Shown in pieces: positions 13,909 to 25,594 of a DNA stretch of 64,000 nucleotides (the stretch's first letter is position 1; each line of letters opens with the position of its first letter). Location: positions 5,208,001-5,272,000 of the forward strand of contig OZ024750.1 in the NCBI GenBank assembly GCA_964016885.1, given 5' to 3'. The notes beneath the pieces are model-generated. The model saw only the letters and a program-made list of their open reading frames with translations. It searched no databases and was not told the origin of the DNA. Both the position numbers and the translations under genes were made by a program. The DNA comes from Eledone cirrhosa. Taxonomy: Eukaryota.

Positions 13909-14179
13909 TTCCCTTATTTATTTATTTTTTTACAAACAAAACAAAACAGAAAAAAAGAAAACAAACAAATAAATGACAGCACAGAAAAAAAGCAGAATTT
14001 TCTGGTGTTGTTGTTTAAAAACACGCTTCCAGGAAATGGTTCAGGTGAAGAGTGAAAAATATATATATATATATATATGTATGTGTATGTATTATACAGG
14101 CAGCTTCCTGCCATCAAAAGTCAGGAGATAGGGTTATTTTATTTTTTTGAGAGAGGGGGGGGGGGGTCCACCTTCAGCT

Positions 14180-14203
14180 TTAAATCCGAACCTTTTCACG
14201 GAG
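14180..14203 (-). CDS. CPES: CPES-like probable last coding exon (LREKVRI*)
   Basis: Strong acceptor cttattttctcttttcag at 14206-14204, in phase 0, then TAA. The exon is short, so alternatives exist (see findings). Confidence 0.6.
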   Translation of the reverse strand, partial: LREKVRI

Positions 14204-15172
14204 CTGAAAAGAGAAAATAAGTAAAAATATGAATGAATACAACCAAGAAATGGTCAATCTTTTTAACCCTTTAACATTTACATTACTAATATTTACTATT
14301 ATATTTTCATGGTAAAGGCTTTACCTCACATAATATCGAATCTATGAGATTTTAATATTTTTTATGTTGAGAACAATACCTTAACATCAGTATGAGCTGC
14401 CAGTTTGAACAGAAAAAGGTGAAAGAATTCTGGCTGGATATGGCCAGTTTAAATGCTAAATGGTTAATTTCAAACCATTCCTGGTTCTACATTACAAATC
14501 TCTTTGGTTACTAGTATTTATATATATATCTAAAAGCCTTCCATCATAATTCTAGGTAAGAAGCTTTGTTAAGTTATGTTCCAAACACCAGATAAATAAT
14601 GAGAAAGTTAGTTATATTTCTAAATCCCTCTAAATTCTTGATTATTTTGAAACTTATTTGAAAATCATACACAGCGTGTTTCATTAGAAATATGGTAACA
14701 AAAAAGTTTAAAGTGTTTATATCTACCTAAAAACCTTTCACCATAATATGTTATATTCCAAACACAAGATAAATAAGGAAAGTTAGTTATATAACTAAAT
14801 CTCTCCAAATTCTTGATCTTCTTCTTCACCCACTTATTCCTGAGAGGGTCGTGGGGACAGAATCCTCAAACACTCCTTCCAGCAGCTCCTGTCAGAAGCA
14901 ATTGTTTCCAACTGATCCGGCTGGATCCCCAAGCGAAACCAGCCAAACCCATGGATATCATTCAACCATCTTGCCTGGGTCTACACCTGGGTTTCCTGCT
15001 GGTTGGTTTTGCTCATAATTTTTTTTAGATTATTTCCAAAATTACCTTGAAAACCATCGGCAGTGTATTTCATTAGAAATAAGCTGTGGGAAGGGTTAAA
15101 TATGTGATTACTTGGCTAACTACAACATACCTATAGATGGTTGGCTGTAAAGCAAACAAAAAGAATACTTAC

Positions 15173-15253
15173 ATAACGAATTTGTATTTCACTGAGAATG
15201 AGCATTCCTACCAGTACAGCCCAGCCAACATACAGCATGAATGTCAAAAATTC
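15173..15253 (-). CDS. CPES: CPES-like coding exon 3 (EFLTFMLYVGWAVLVGMLILSEIQIRY)
   Basis: Acceptor tttgtttcag, donor gtaagt, 81 nt, phase 0/0. Continues DKIW into EFL and a final hydrophobic helix. Confidence 0.85.
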
Positions 15254-15839
15254 CTGAAACAAATATATACTCACAGTTATTGCAATGTATGTATGTGTGT
15301 GTGTGTGTGTATGTGTGTATGAATGTGTGAAGGTATGTGGCTTAGTGTTTAGGTTACTCAGCTTACAATCATAGTTGTGAGTTCAATCCCTTGTGGTGCA
15401 TTGTGTCCTTGAGCAAGACACTTTACTTTACATTACTCGGGTCTACCCAGCTGGCCAAAATGAATTGTGCCTGTAATTCAAATGGCCAGCCTTGTCACAT
15501 ACAGTGCTACGCTGAATCTCCCTGAGAATTGCAATAATGGGACATGTGCCTGTGGAATCCTCAGCCACTTGTATGTTAATTACATGACAGGGCTGTTCCT
15601 TTGATCAAATCAACTGGACACTCATCATCAGAACCAACGGAACTCCCACACACACACTACAGATATATGTTTCTATGGAACTGATGGATAATTCAGGCTT
15701 TTTCAGTTAGTCATAGACACAGACAATGTTCCTTCTAATTTTCCTGAACCACTGAGTGGAAAGTCTGATGCTTGGAGAAAATAGGTTTAACAAAATCAAA
15801 CTATAAGATCACAAAATAACAAATTATATATATACACAC

Positions 15840-15962
15840 CCAAATTTTATCTATAAAAATTGCAATTAGCACCATCTGCATGAGTGCTTGTCCATCAACA
15901 ATCCTCCATAACCACATAATGCACCAGGTACTTGTTAAATGCAATGCCTCAGTCTGATGTGT
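15840..15962 (-). CDS. CPES: CPES-like coding exon 2 (THQTEALHLTSTWCIMWLWRIVDGQALMQMVLIAIFIDKIW)
   Basis: Acceptor tgttgcag, donor gtgtgt, 123 nt, phase 0/0. The WR...IAIFIDKIW segment resembles the CPES C-terminal membrane region. Confidence 0.88.
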
Positions 15963-17109
15963 CTGCAACAGTAACAACATAAACATCATAATTAAAACAG
16001 AAAACACATATCATAATCACCATCATCATCATCATTCAATGACTATTTTCCCTGCTAGCAAGAGTTAGATGGGTCATCAGTAAATAAATCAGTACTTAAA
16101 CTTTTAGCATTTAAACCGGCCGTATCCGGCCAGAATTCTCTCATCTCTTTCTGTTCAAACCGCCAATAACCAGCCGCTCATGCTGATGTTAAGGTATTGT
16201 TCTCAAAATAAATGATATCAAAATCTCAGATTTGATATTATGTGAGATAAAGCCTTTACGGAGAAAATATAATAGTAAATATAGAGTAATGTAAATGCTA
16301 AAGGGTTAATCAGAGCCACCGAGCTCCTATAACATGAAGAGGTGTAGTGGGAATGTAGCCAGACCAACAGAAAAGATAGACTTTGCATGTGGAAGATACA
16401 CAAAGTTAGTAATAAGAGCACCAGTGAAATAAATATTTTCAAATCCTTAGGTGTTGTAAGAAGTGATAAAAATGGTTGGCACCAGAAAGGGCATCTGATT
16501 ATTAAACACTGTCCTATAAAAGGACCCATGATGTATAGCAAGATACATATTTGTTATAAAATCTTTACTGCTGTCCAGATGCATTGTAGCATATTTTAGT
16601 TGAATGCTGGCAGCCATCCATTTGTAATAAAACAGACATGTTTAAACTTGTTCTTTGAATACTGAAGTTGAATGTTTTAGCTGAATAAATTGATTCGATG
16701 TTTGGCAACTCTTTCAATTTATTTGGCTAAAACTTGAAAACAATTATTTTCATAAGTTTAACTAGAAAGAAATCAGCGATATGTTTTCTTCAGTAAACTA
16801 CAACAACAATAAATACAAAACCTTCTTCAGCTATATCACAATCACTTTCATGGCATTTCATTAGATACAACATAGAATGAAAACATTAAAAACTACATTC
16901 CAGTAATTTTGTTTCTTCATCTTTCTGTATTTCAAACAGTTTATATAGTATTCTTGTATAAAACAGTACATTTCAATGTTTTACCAAACTTCTATTTCTC
17001 CATAATTCTTAAATGAAATAACCTATATATTTTTAGGGAATGTTTTATTAATAAAAGTTTTTAAATATCATAAATTTTCTTTGTCTGTTATAAAACATGT
17101 AGGGATGTC

Positions 17110-17475
17110 ATAAGATATAAAGATTTAGATATGTAATACAATAAGTCATATAGGTATGTAATAAGATAAAATGATATAGATATGTCATAAGACAAAAAGA
17201 TGTAGGTGTGTAGTCAGATAAAAAGATGTAGATATGCCATAAGATATAAAGATGTAGATATGCCATAAGATAAAAAGATGTAGGTATGTAATAAGATAAA
17301 AAGATGTAGGTATGTAATAAGATAAAAAGATGTAGGTATGTAATAAGATAAAAAGGTGTAGGTATGTAATAAGATAAAAAGATGTAGGTGTATAATGAAA
17401 TAAAAAGATGTAGGTGTATAATGAAATAAAAAGATGTAGATATATCATAAGGTATAAAGATGTAGGTATATGACA
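17110..17475. repeat. 26-bp minisatellite in a CPES intron
   Basis: Unit ataagataaaaagatgtaggtatgta, about 14 copies. Confidence 0.9.
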
Positions 17476-17506
17476 TATATAAGAGAGTATATAAAATGGA
17501 ACTTAC

Positions 17507-18274
17507 TTTGTCCTGAGCATCTGAAATAGGCACTTGAAGAATACCTGAGAACCTTTCAACAGTTTTGTCCCAAGAAAATGCAGACATTGCAAGCAGCATG
17601 CCAAAACTGAAAGTTCTCCAAAAAGCCATCCAACTGCTTACATGACCATTTTTTTTAGTATTTCCAGTCCCGTTTTCAACAGGTTTTGTCCATGGTAGTA
17701 TATCCTGCTGGTTTTTCAAAGGTGGGTATCTACATACATAGACAGCCATTCCTATACATAAAGCAGTACCACCACTTATATCACAGACAGAATCCACCAA
17801 GTATCCTAACGATGAACGGTGAGATTTGTAGATATGGCCAGCACCAACATGTGCTCTGTAGACAACCCCATCAAAGGCATCAAGGAAGCAACGAAACTGG
17901 TATATAAGAACACCCATCCGACGGTTGTAGAGTGAGTCCGACGATATCAGCTTGCCGGCAATAATAGCAATGAAAACGTGGGAAAAACTAATCATATTTG
18001 GAGTAATAAAGTAAAAGACATGACTGAACTGTGTGATTTCATCAAAATATTCAGCAAAAGGGGAGAGAATGTAGTGATCCACAGGATCTGTCATTAATAG
18101 TTTCACTGTAAGTGGCTGAAACGGGGAAAAACTGCCATTTTTCTTCTCATTTAGAACAGACTTTTGAAGTGTGATGTATAAAATTATATCCATGATTGCA
18201 AAATAAACAAAGAAAATAAAACTGAATAAATATAATCCATATTTGTCTTTGCGCAGCGCTTGTAATGAAACCAT
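17507..18274 (-). CDS. CPES: Ceramide phosphoethanolamine synthase-like (CDP-alcohol phosphotransferase), coding exon 1 (256 codons)
   Basis: MVSLQALRK...QDK. Contains the CDP-alcohol phosphotransferase motif LDAFDGVVYRAH...LGYLVDSVCD and segments (FITPNMISFSHV, AGKLISSDSL.NRR.G) recalled from Drosophila Cpes. Donor AAA|gtaagt at 17506-17501 (phase 0). Upstream acceptor ttgttttgcag at 18358-18356 implies further untranslated exons. Confidence 0.92.
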
Positions 18275-18754
18275 TTTGACACATGTGTAAGTGACACTTC
18301 AAAACAATATTAACAAGACACACATGTACTACGCCATTTGAGAACTGGTCGGTATCTGCAAAACAAGAAAATAGAATCAGTAATTGGTAATAACAAAACA
18401 AACTAAAACAATTATTTCCAAATATCTAACAAAAAGTTTCTTTAAAAAAATCAATCAATTTGATGTTTGATACAGGTTATAACTGTTCTCTGTTTCTTGA
18501 AATAATTCATCAAGATGTTAGTAACGAAGTTAAGTATAGACAAGACATGGTTCTTTGATGAGTTTTGTCTCAGACTATTACAATATTTCCCACATGTATC
18601 ATTCTAATTACTAGCAATATTTCCCACATGTATCATTCTAATTACCATCAACTTGAACTCTATTCCTCATTATCCACTAAATGTACTAGACACTACTTTA
18701 ACCCATTCATTACCAGATTTCTAATGAAACAGTCTATAAGTTTTAAGTGCCTTA

Positions 18755-19155
18755 TTCTTCTGCCTGCTACTGCTACCATGTAACCCAGTACAGCCCTTGG
18801 TCAAGTCAGGCTTCTGTCTGATACTGCTACCATGTAACCCAGTACAACCCTTGGTCAAGTCAGTCTTCTGCCTGCTACTGCTACCATGTAACCCAGTACA
18901 GCCCTTGGTCAAGTCAGGCTTCTGTCTGATACTGCTACCATGTAACCCAGTACAACCCTTGGTCAAGTCAGTCTTCTGCCTGCTACTGCTACCATGTAAC
19001 CCAGTACAGCCCTTGGTCAAGTCAGTCTTCTGCCTACTACTGCTACCATGTAACCCAGTACAACCCTTGGTCAGGTCAGTCTTCTGCCTACTACTGCTAC
19101 CATGGTCAAGTCAGTCTTCTGCCTGCTACTGATACCATGTAACCCACTACAACCC
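18755..19155. repeat. 54-bp minisatellite
   Basis: Unit tcttctgcctgctactgctaccatgtaacccagtacagcccttggtcaagtcag, about 7 copies. Confidence 0.92.
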
Positions 19156-21509
19156 ACTTTATGGTTGAGGGGTCAGTGACTACCCCCACCACCACAAGAC
19201 CCTGGCCTGGTTGGGGAGCCGGTAAGTGGGACCCCAGTAGCACAAAAAACAAACAAACAAAAAGGGCAGATGAACTCCTCAGAGTCAACAACCATCCACC
19301 TCAACTATGGGTTAAATAACATCACCAACCTGCAACCCCTGACATGACCAAAACCAAACAAAAAGGGGTGGCACCGTCTATCAGAGAGGGGTTCTTCCAA
19401 CAGGAGACCCTGGATTGGTTTGAGTTATAGCCTCATACCATTGTCTAAATACACAGGACAATTGCAGACGTCAATTTAATACACTATTCTGTCAATAACA
19501 ATAAAATATATTGTCTTTGGCTTATCATCCATTTTTGTTCTTCCAAATGCCAGTCTTTGCAAGTTTATCCACAACAAACGGTTATGTTGTTCCACTGAGT
19601 AATCAGTGGTACTATATCATGTAAATGCCTGGCTGCTACTATGCCATTATTAATGGAATGTTGAGCATAATCAATGTTCCTGTGTGGCCTGGTTGGGGTG
19701 AGGAGGGGTGACTTCAGAGGTGGAAGGAGGGGTGACTTCAGAGGTGGAAGGAGGGGTGACTACAGAGGTGAAAGGATGGAAGGAGTATAACTGTGGTTGG
19801 AAGAGGGAGTGAAGATGATAGAGGGAGGACTGCAGGGGTGGAAGGAATACAGAGGTGGGTGGGGTAAATATAGAGGTATTACAGGCTATATATATGTAAC
19901 AGTTTTCTTGTTAGGAAGACAAATAAAATTTTTAAAAAACGAACCCATTTGTTACCATATTTCTAAAGAAATAAACTGCCTATGTTATCCTACAAAATTT
20001 TATCTGAGTCTCCAATAATTTCACCAATCCACTACCCTGGACTCCTACAATATTTTATCAATACCAAAAGGATAAGCAAAATTGAAATGCATAGTCATTT
20101 GTTTTTAAATTAGAAATATGTTAACAACAAAGTAATTAAGTTAATATATTATTAAGAAAATAAGTTAATATCTAAAGATATACCTCTAATATTACTGCTA
20201 GATCTAGAGACCAGAAATTGAAAGAATGAGCTGAGTGTAAATGTAATATCTTTTAATTGAAATTCAAAGTAGAAACTGTCCCAAACAAGAATGTCTTTAT
20301 CTCAATATGTATCTTAACAAACAATAAACAGTAAAGTATATATTTACAAAATTAAGTTATAAAATAAAGAGAGCATGAGATCTTTTACATGAATACTTAC
20401 CGCAAACAAGAAGTAGATATTAAAAATAGACAAAACTCAACTGAACAGGACTTTAAATAGATGACTGTTATCAAGATATAAGATTAAATAAGATGGTTGA
20501 AATACATTTGTTAATAAATTTATCCAACAATGATTGTTTAAAAGCATTGAAGCAGGACATATTTGGAAAATTATGAAGGTATTCTTATGTAAATTAACAC
20601 GGTTCCAACTTAGACAAGAAAGCAGGTTAGCTAACACCACAAACTTACTTTATAGTTCATGCTACAAATAGTAATTAATTGTTTCTAATTTAGGCACAAG
20701 GGAATGTCGATTAAATCAACCTCGGTGTGTTACTGGTATCTTATTTTATCGACCCTGTAAGGTGTTTCTAACATAGCCACAAGATCAAAGATTTCAGAGA
20801 AGGGATACCAATGATCAAATTGACCCCAGTATATGACTGCAAAGGTATTTGACAAAGGTTGTGGGCATCAATGATGAACATGATTAAAACCTGCCATGGG
20901 ACTTGTGAAGCTAAGGAAATGAAAAATCAGATGTACAGCTCACACCTATGCAGGTTTAGATGAACTCCTTCCAATCAGGCTGTATCTTAGGTGTTTTAAT
21001 GATAGGGGCCACAGACCCAACATAAAATGAAGCACTTTGCTCAAAAACTCAACACATCAACCAATCCGGGAATTGAACACACAACCTTACGATTATGAAC
21101 CTAGCCACTACTTTAGCAAGGGGGAAATGGCCATAAAACACTTGCTGCACTGCATCGTTATAAATATTCTGAGCCAATTTCTAGTCTAAGAATGGCAATA
21201 TGGCTTCCCCCTCCCTCACCTATCTCAGAAGCCCTAAAAAGCTCATGGAGGCTGCTGTTCTCTTGATTAAACTATGAAAAAAATAATGAAACTCACACCT
21301 AACATTCTATATCCTATGATGAATTAAGATATATATACATATATATATTTGTAAAGATTCAGCCGTCAGGGTCCTGAATCTTTTCATATTACCCACTCTA
21401 CTACCCCAAGTATCAAGTACTCTGGTGGGTTATGGTCTAGCTGGTTTTTACCACACCCCACCGGGGATATATATATATCATCATCATTTTACGTCCGCTT
21501 TTCCCTGAT

Positions 21510-21563
<54 letters not shown>

Positions 21564-22626
21564 CCCTAGTATTGAACTGGTACTTTATTGACCTCGATGG
21601 GATTTGAACTCAGAACAAATAGTGAGATATTTAACGTGATTCCCTAATGACTGCTAATTTACTGCTGAAGTAAGAAAGTTATATAATATAGCTAACATAA
21701 CAATAGCTTAATGAATCATGAAATCTCCTACAAGATATAACCTTGACTAATATACCTGTATAGGTGTGAGCAGTAAAATTCATTTCATTGGAAACAAAAA
21801 AAATGAAATTTACAGTTCACACCTTTGCAAGTTTAGCTTACCTCCGGTTTCTCAGATGTTTTAACCTGTTTTTGTTAACATATTTCTATTGAATGATACT
21901 GTGTATAATGTTGAAAATAATCAAGAATTTGGAAGATCGTGAGTAAAATACCCTAACCACTAAGATACTACATGCCTTCGGATGCTGTAGTAAAACCAAT
22001 TTGGAATGATATCAAAATTATGTTTCAAACTTGGCAAATATATTTTACTAGCTTTCATTTCATAGACTGTTAATGACTTGTTTGCATCTTTCAAAGATTT
22101 AATAAGCAAATTATTTCTTTCTTAAATACAATTTTAATGTTGTAAGGAGGTGCAGTTGGTAAGGGAGTGGTGTGGATAAGGGGTTGGGTTGGGAAGGGAG
22201 TAGTGTAAAGAGAGGTGCTGGTCGACTTTACTTTGAATATATAGTATAGGAAGTACTTTCATTTCAACCTCCCACAGGGATTTCAAGAGAACAATAGAAA
22301 ACAGAATTAAAAGATGATCCTATGTATGTTTTATGTTTTCGGGTACTTTACTATCTGTGCCAACTCCATTATACTTTGATGACTAAATAACATCAGCCAA
22401 GAAAAGACTAAAATATAGCAGAGAAGGAAATAATTTAGAGTAAGACATTAACATAGGAAATTGCTATCCATATCATAATGATCTAGTCAACCCACACCAC
22501 TAAATGGGCATAACATGATACTGATGGTGATGATAATGATTATGATGCTCACCACCACCACCACGATGGTTATCACATAACATAATACTGATGGTGATGA
22601 TGATAATAATGATTATTACTATTATT

Positions 22627-22835
22627 GGCCGGTGGATTGGCAGTATCGGTAGAGCATCAGACACCATGCTTTGCAGCACAGAGTTATGGCCCTTTATGTT
22701 CTGAGGTCAAATCAGGCAGAGGTTAACTTTGCCTTTCATCCTTACGGGGTCGATAAAATAAAGTACCAGTAATGTACTGGGATAATTGCTGGCCTTGTGC
22801 CAAAAGTACAAACATTATTATTATTATTATTATTA
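22627..22835 (+). mobile_element. tRNA-derived SINE family 1 (Meta-domain-like), representative copy
   Basis: Pol III A-box-like tggcagtatcgg and B-box (gttcaaatcc in better copies). Central ttgcctttcatccttacggggtcgataaaataaagtaccag, (ATT)n tail. Many copies across the window. Confidence 0.8.
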
Positions 22836-23870
22836 GACAAATATCAGAGGAGAGAGTCTTGCATATATGGGCAACTGCTTTAACAGGGAAAATGGTTTTA
22901 GAACACCGGTATGATGCTGCTCACACCTCTGCAGGTTGCATCTCGGGTGTTTTGATAATAGGAGCCTCAATCCTATCATGAAAAGCAACATGAAATGAAG
23001 TGTCTTGCTCAAGAACATAACATAGTGCCAGGTGTCAGTATTGAATCCACAACTATATGATTATGAGTCCAACAGCTTAACCATTAGCTCACACACCTTG
23101 TATGATGATAAACTATGCTTTAGGCTGTAGTTGTCCAAGAAACATTCACAGATATTTCCTGACTAGACAAAGATCTACAATAATTTTAGTTGGTGAAATA
23201 GAAACAAGATAGCTATCTGTACTATAAAGTAAAAAGAAAACACTTGAACTTCAACCAATATATATAGACACAAAGGAATGAGATTGGAGAAAGAATGGGT
23301 ATTGGCAATAAAAGATTAATTATCTAAAATGAAAACGGCTTATCAGCTAATGATTACAAGTTAAGTCTTCACAAGAAGGGAGCCTTTAAGCAGACTATTC
23401 ATCCAATAGAAATAGCAGTCAGGATGGTCATGGTTGCTCAGAGCACTTTTGATGATAGGTTTGCATGTAAAGGGCCACTCTGAGTCACAAGTCAATTAGA
23501 AGAAGCTTTTTTGAGGTTGCTAAGCCTGCTAGTAATAACAGTCAAATCACCTTCAAATCATACTCTGAAAAAAAGAGGAGGGGAGGTCAGTCCTTATTTA
23601 CACAGGTTTAGCTGGCCTCTTATGAGGTTGCATCCCATAGGAGGTTTCTTGTGTGTTTTAATCATAAGGGCCCCAGTTGTACCATGAAAAGCAACATGAA
23701 ATGAAGTATGTATGTATATATATATATATATACACACACACACAATTTATGAGTGTTCGTTTCCTGTAACATAGTGGATGAGTTTAAAGAAGAGAAAAAT
23801 CGAATTAGCAACGCTCATGTCGTTCCAAAGGAGATTTATAGTAACATATGCGATATAAAGTGTTTAACAG

Positions 23871-25060
23871 TAATAATAATAATAATAATGAAATTATTGT
23901 GTAAAGTGCTCAGGTGCACTACAACTCATCAAAAGTGCATGTATAGTACATAGAATAATACACAAATGTCAGGGAAGTGAATAGTGTATGAGTCATGATA
24001 TACATGTGTGTATGTGTATGGAGGGGGAACATTAGGTGTAATGTTGGCGGATCTCGGGAAGCATGGAGGCCTTAAAGGATGCAGTGTCTCGACAACTAAC
24101 AACTGATGCTGGTAGTTTGTTCCATGCTTCAGCAACTCTGAGTGTGAAAAAATGTTTCCGAAAGTCATGGGAACTGTACTGTTTTCTGACTTTGTGGGCA
24201 AGCCCACGTGTGTTAGACACATGGAAATCAAAAAGGTACTCAGGGTTGTTGTTGGCAACATGGTTAACAATTTTGTGGGTGTTTACCAAGTCAGTTGCCG
24301 TCGGAGCTTCAATGTATCCATGCCCAGGGAAGCAAGGCGCTCAGAATATGGTAGATGCCTGATGGAGGGCATTCGCTTGGTTGCACGTCTCTCAACAGTT
24401 TCCAGGCGGTCAATGTTCTGAGCAAGATAGGGGTTCCAGACTGGTGATGCAAATTCTAAGTGTGGCCGCACCATAGCCATGTACAGCCTTAAATAGATAG
24501 CTGGAGAGCGGCTGACAAAGGTCTTGCTGAGTGATGCTAAGACACCCTTGGCCCTCTTGACAATTTTAGAGACGTGCTTCGTCCAATGCAAATCGCTGCT
24601 GACCGTAATGCCCAGGTCACGTTCACAAGAAGACTTCTTGATATTAGTGCTGTGGAGGGAGTATGTGGACGCTGGGTTTTTACTCCCAAAATGCATGGTG
24701 GTGCACTTGTCCACAGCTAGCTTGAGTTGCAGTCTGAGATCCATTGTTGCATTGTGTCCAGGTCAGACTGCAAGCAAGATCTATAGTGTTCAGGATCTGT
24801 CCTTTTTATCTCAAGGTACAGCTTCATGTCATCTGCGTACTTTAGTACTGTGGCATTCTTTAAGTTGGCATCTATGTCATTAATATATGCCACAAACAAA
24901 AGGGGGCCAAGAACAGATCCCTGTGGTACACCAGATGACATGTCATATGGTGAGGAATGCTGTCCCAGAACCGTGACTACCTCTCTTCGACTGAGAATGA
25001 AGGACTTCAACCAGTTAAAAAGATCATCCTTCACACCCATTGGAGAGAGTTTTGCCTCTC
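23871..25060 (-). mobile_element. 5'-truncated CR1/L2-group LINE; reverse transcriptase broken by frameshifts
   Basis: SGVPQGSVLGPLLF, KYADD, ERDLG, LYMAMVRPHLEFASPVWNP and FFTLRVAEAWNKLP are spread over three overlapping frames. The 3' UTR ends in (TTA)n. Confidence 0.92.
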
Positions 25061-25251
25061 AATCAAAGGATCGATCTGAATAGAACTAAACCACATGTCA
25101 ACAAATATAAGTAATATATGTTTTAACACAATGTCTAAAATCTATAGAGAAGAGAAAATGGAAATGACAACAATGTAAACAGTTACTTCGACAAGATCCC
25201 TGTCGGAAGTTGTTTATTTTCTTCACGCTTTCATAGTGGCTAAACAGGTCA

Positions 25252-25594
25252 TATATATATATAAAATAAACACATGAAACAATCTTCCTTGTACATATTT
25301 CATTAAAGAAATATATTTCACCATTAATCTGTAAATCACAGCATTTGCTGTGTAAACACAGATAGTTAAATCTTCTCCCTTGTTGAAAATCTGGGATTTG
25401 ACTACTGTGATTTACGGATTAATGGTGAAATATATTTCTCTAATGAAATATATACAAGGAAGATTAATCATTTTAAAAGGTATCTATATTTGAAGTTCTA
25501 GTTAAGCTTTAATTAGTTACCTATCTAGCTGTGTGTGCTTACATACTTTACAAATTATCCCGTGATTGTTTCATGTGTTTATTTTATATATATA
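25252..25594. repeat. Nested inverted repeats in a (TA)n context (Penelope-like insertion scar)
   Basis: 25281-25341 pairs with 25404-25465, and 25252-25284 pairs with 25564-25594. Confidence 0.75.

Noticed and set aside
17108-17506. C-terminal 132 aa of the 388-aa ORF (YIFLSYYIPTSF repeats)
   Set aside because: Read-through past a canonical gtaagt donor into an intronic 26-bp minisatellite. The real CPES sequence resumes at 15962.
18721-19132. Repetitive ORFs on both strands (TKGCTGLHGSS / LLPCNPVQP)
   Set aside because: By-product of a 54-bp tandem repeat; no splice or homology support.
24063-25083. Plus-strand ORFs overlapping the LINE
   Set aside because: Antisense shadows of the minus-strand reverse transcriptase.
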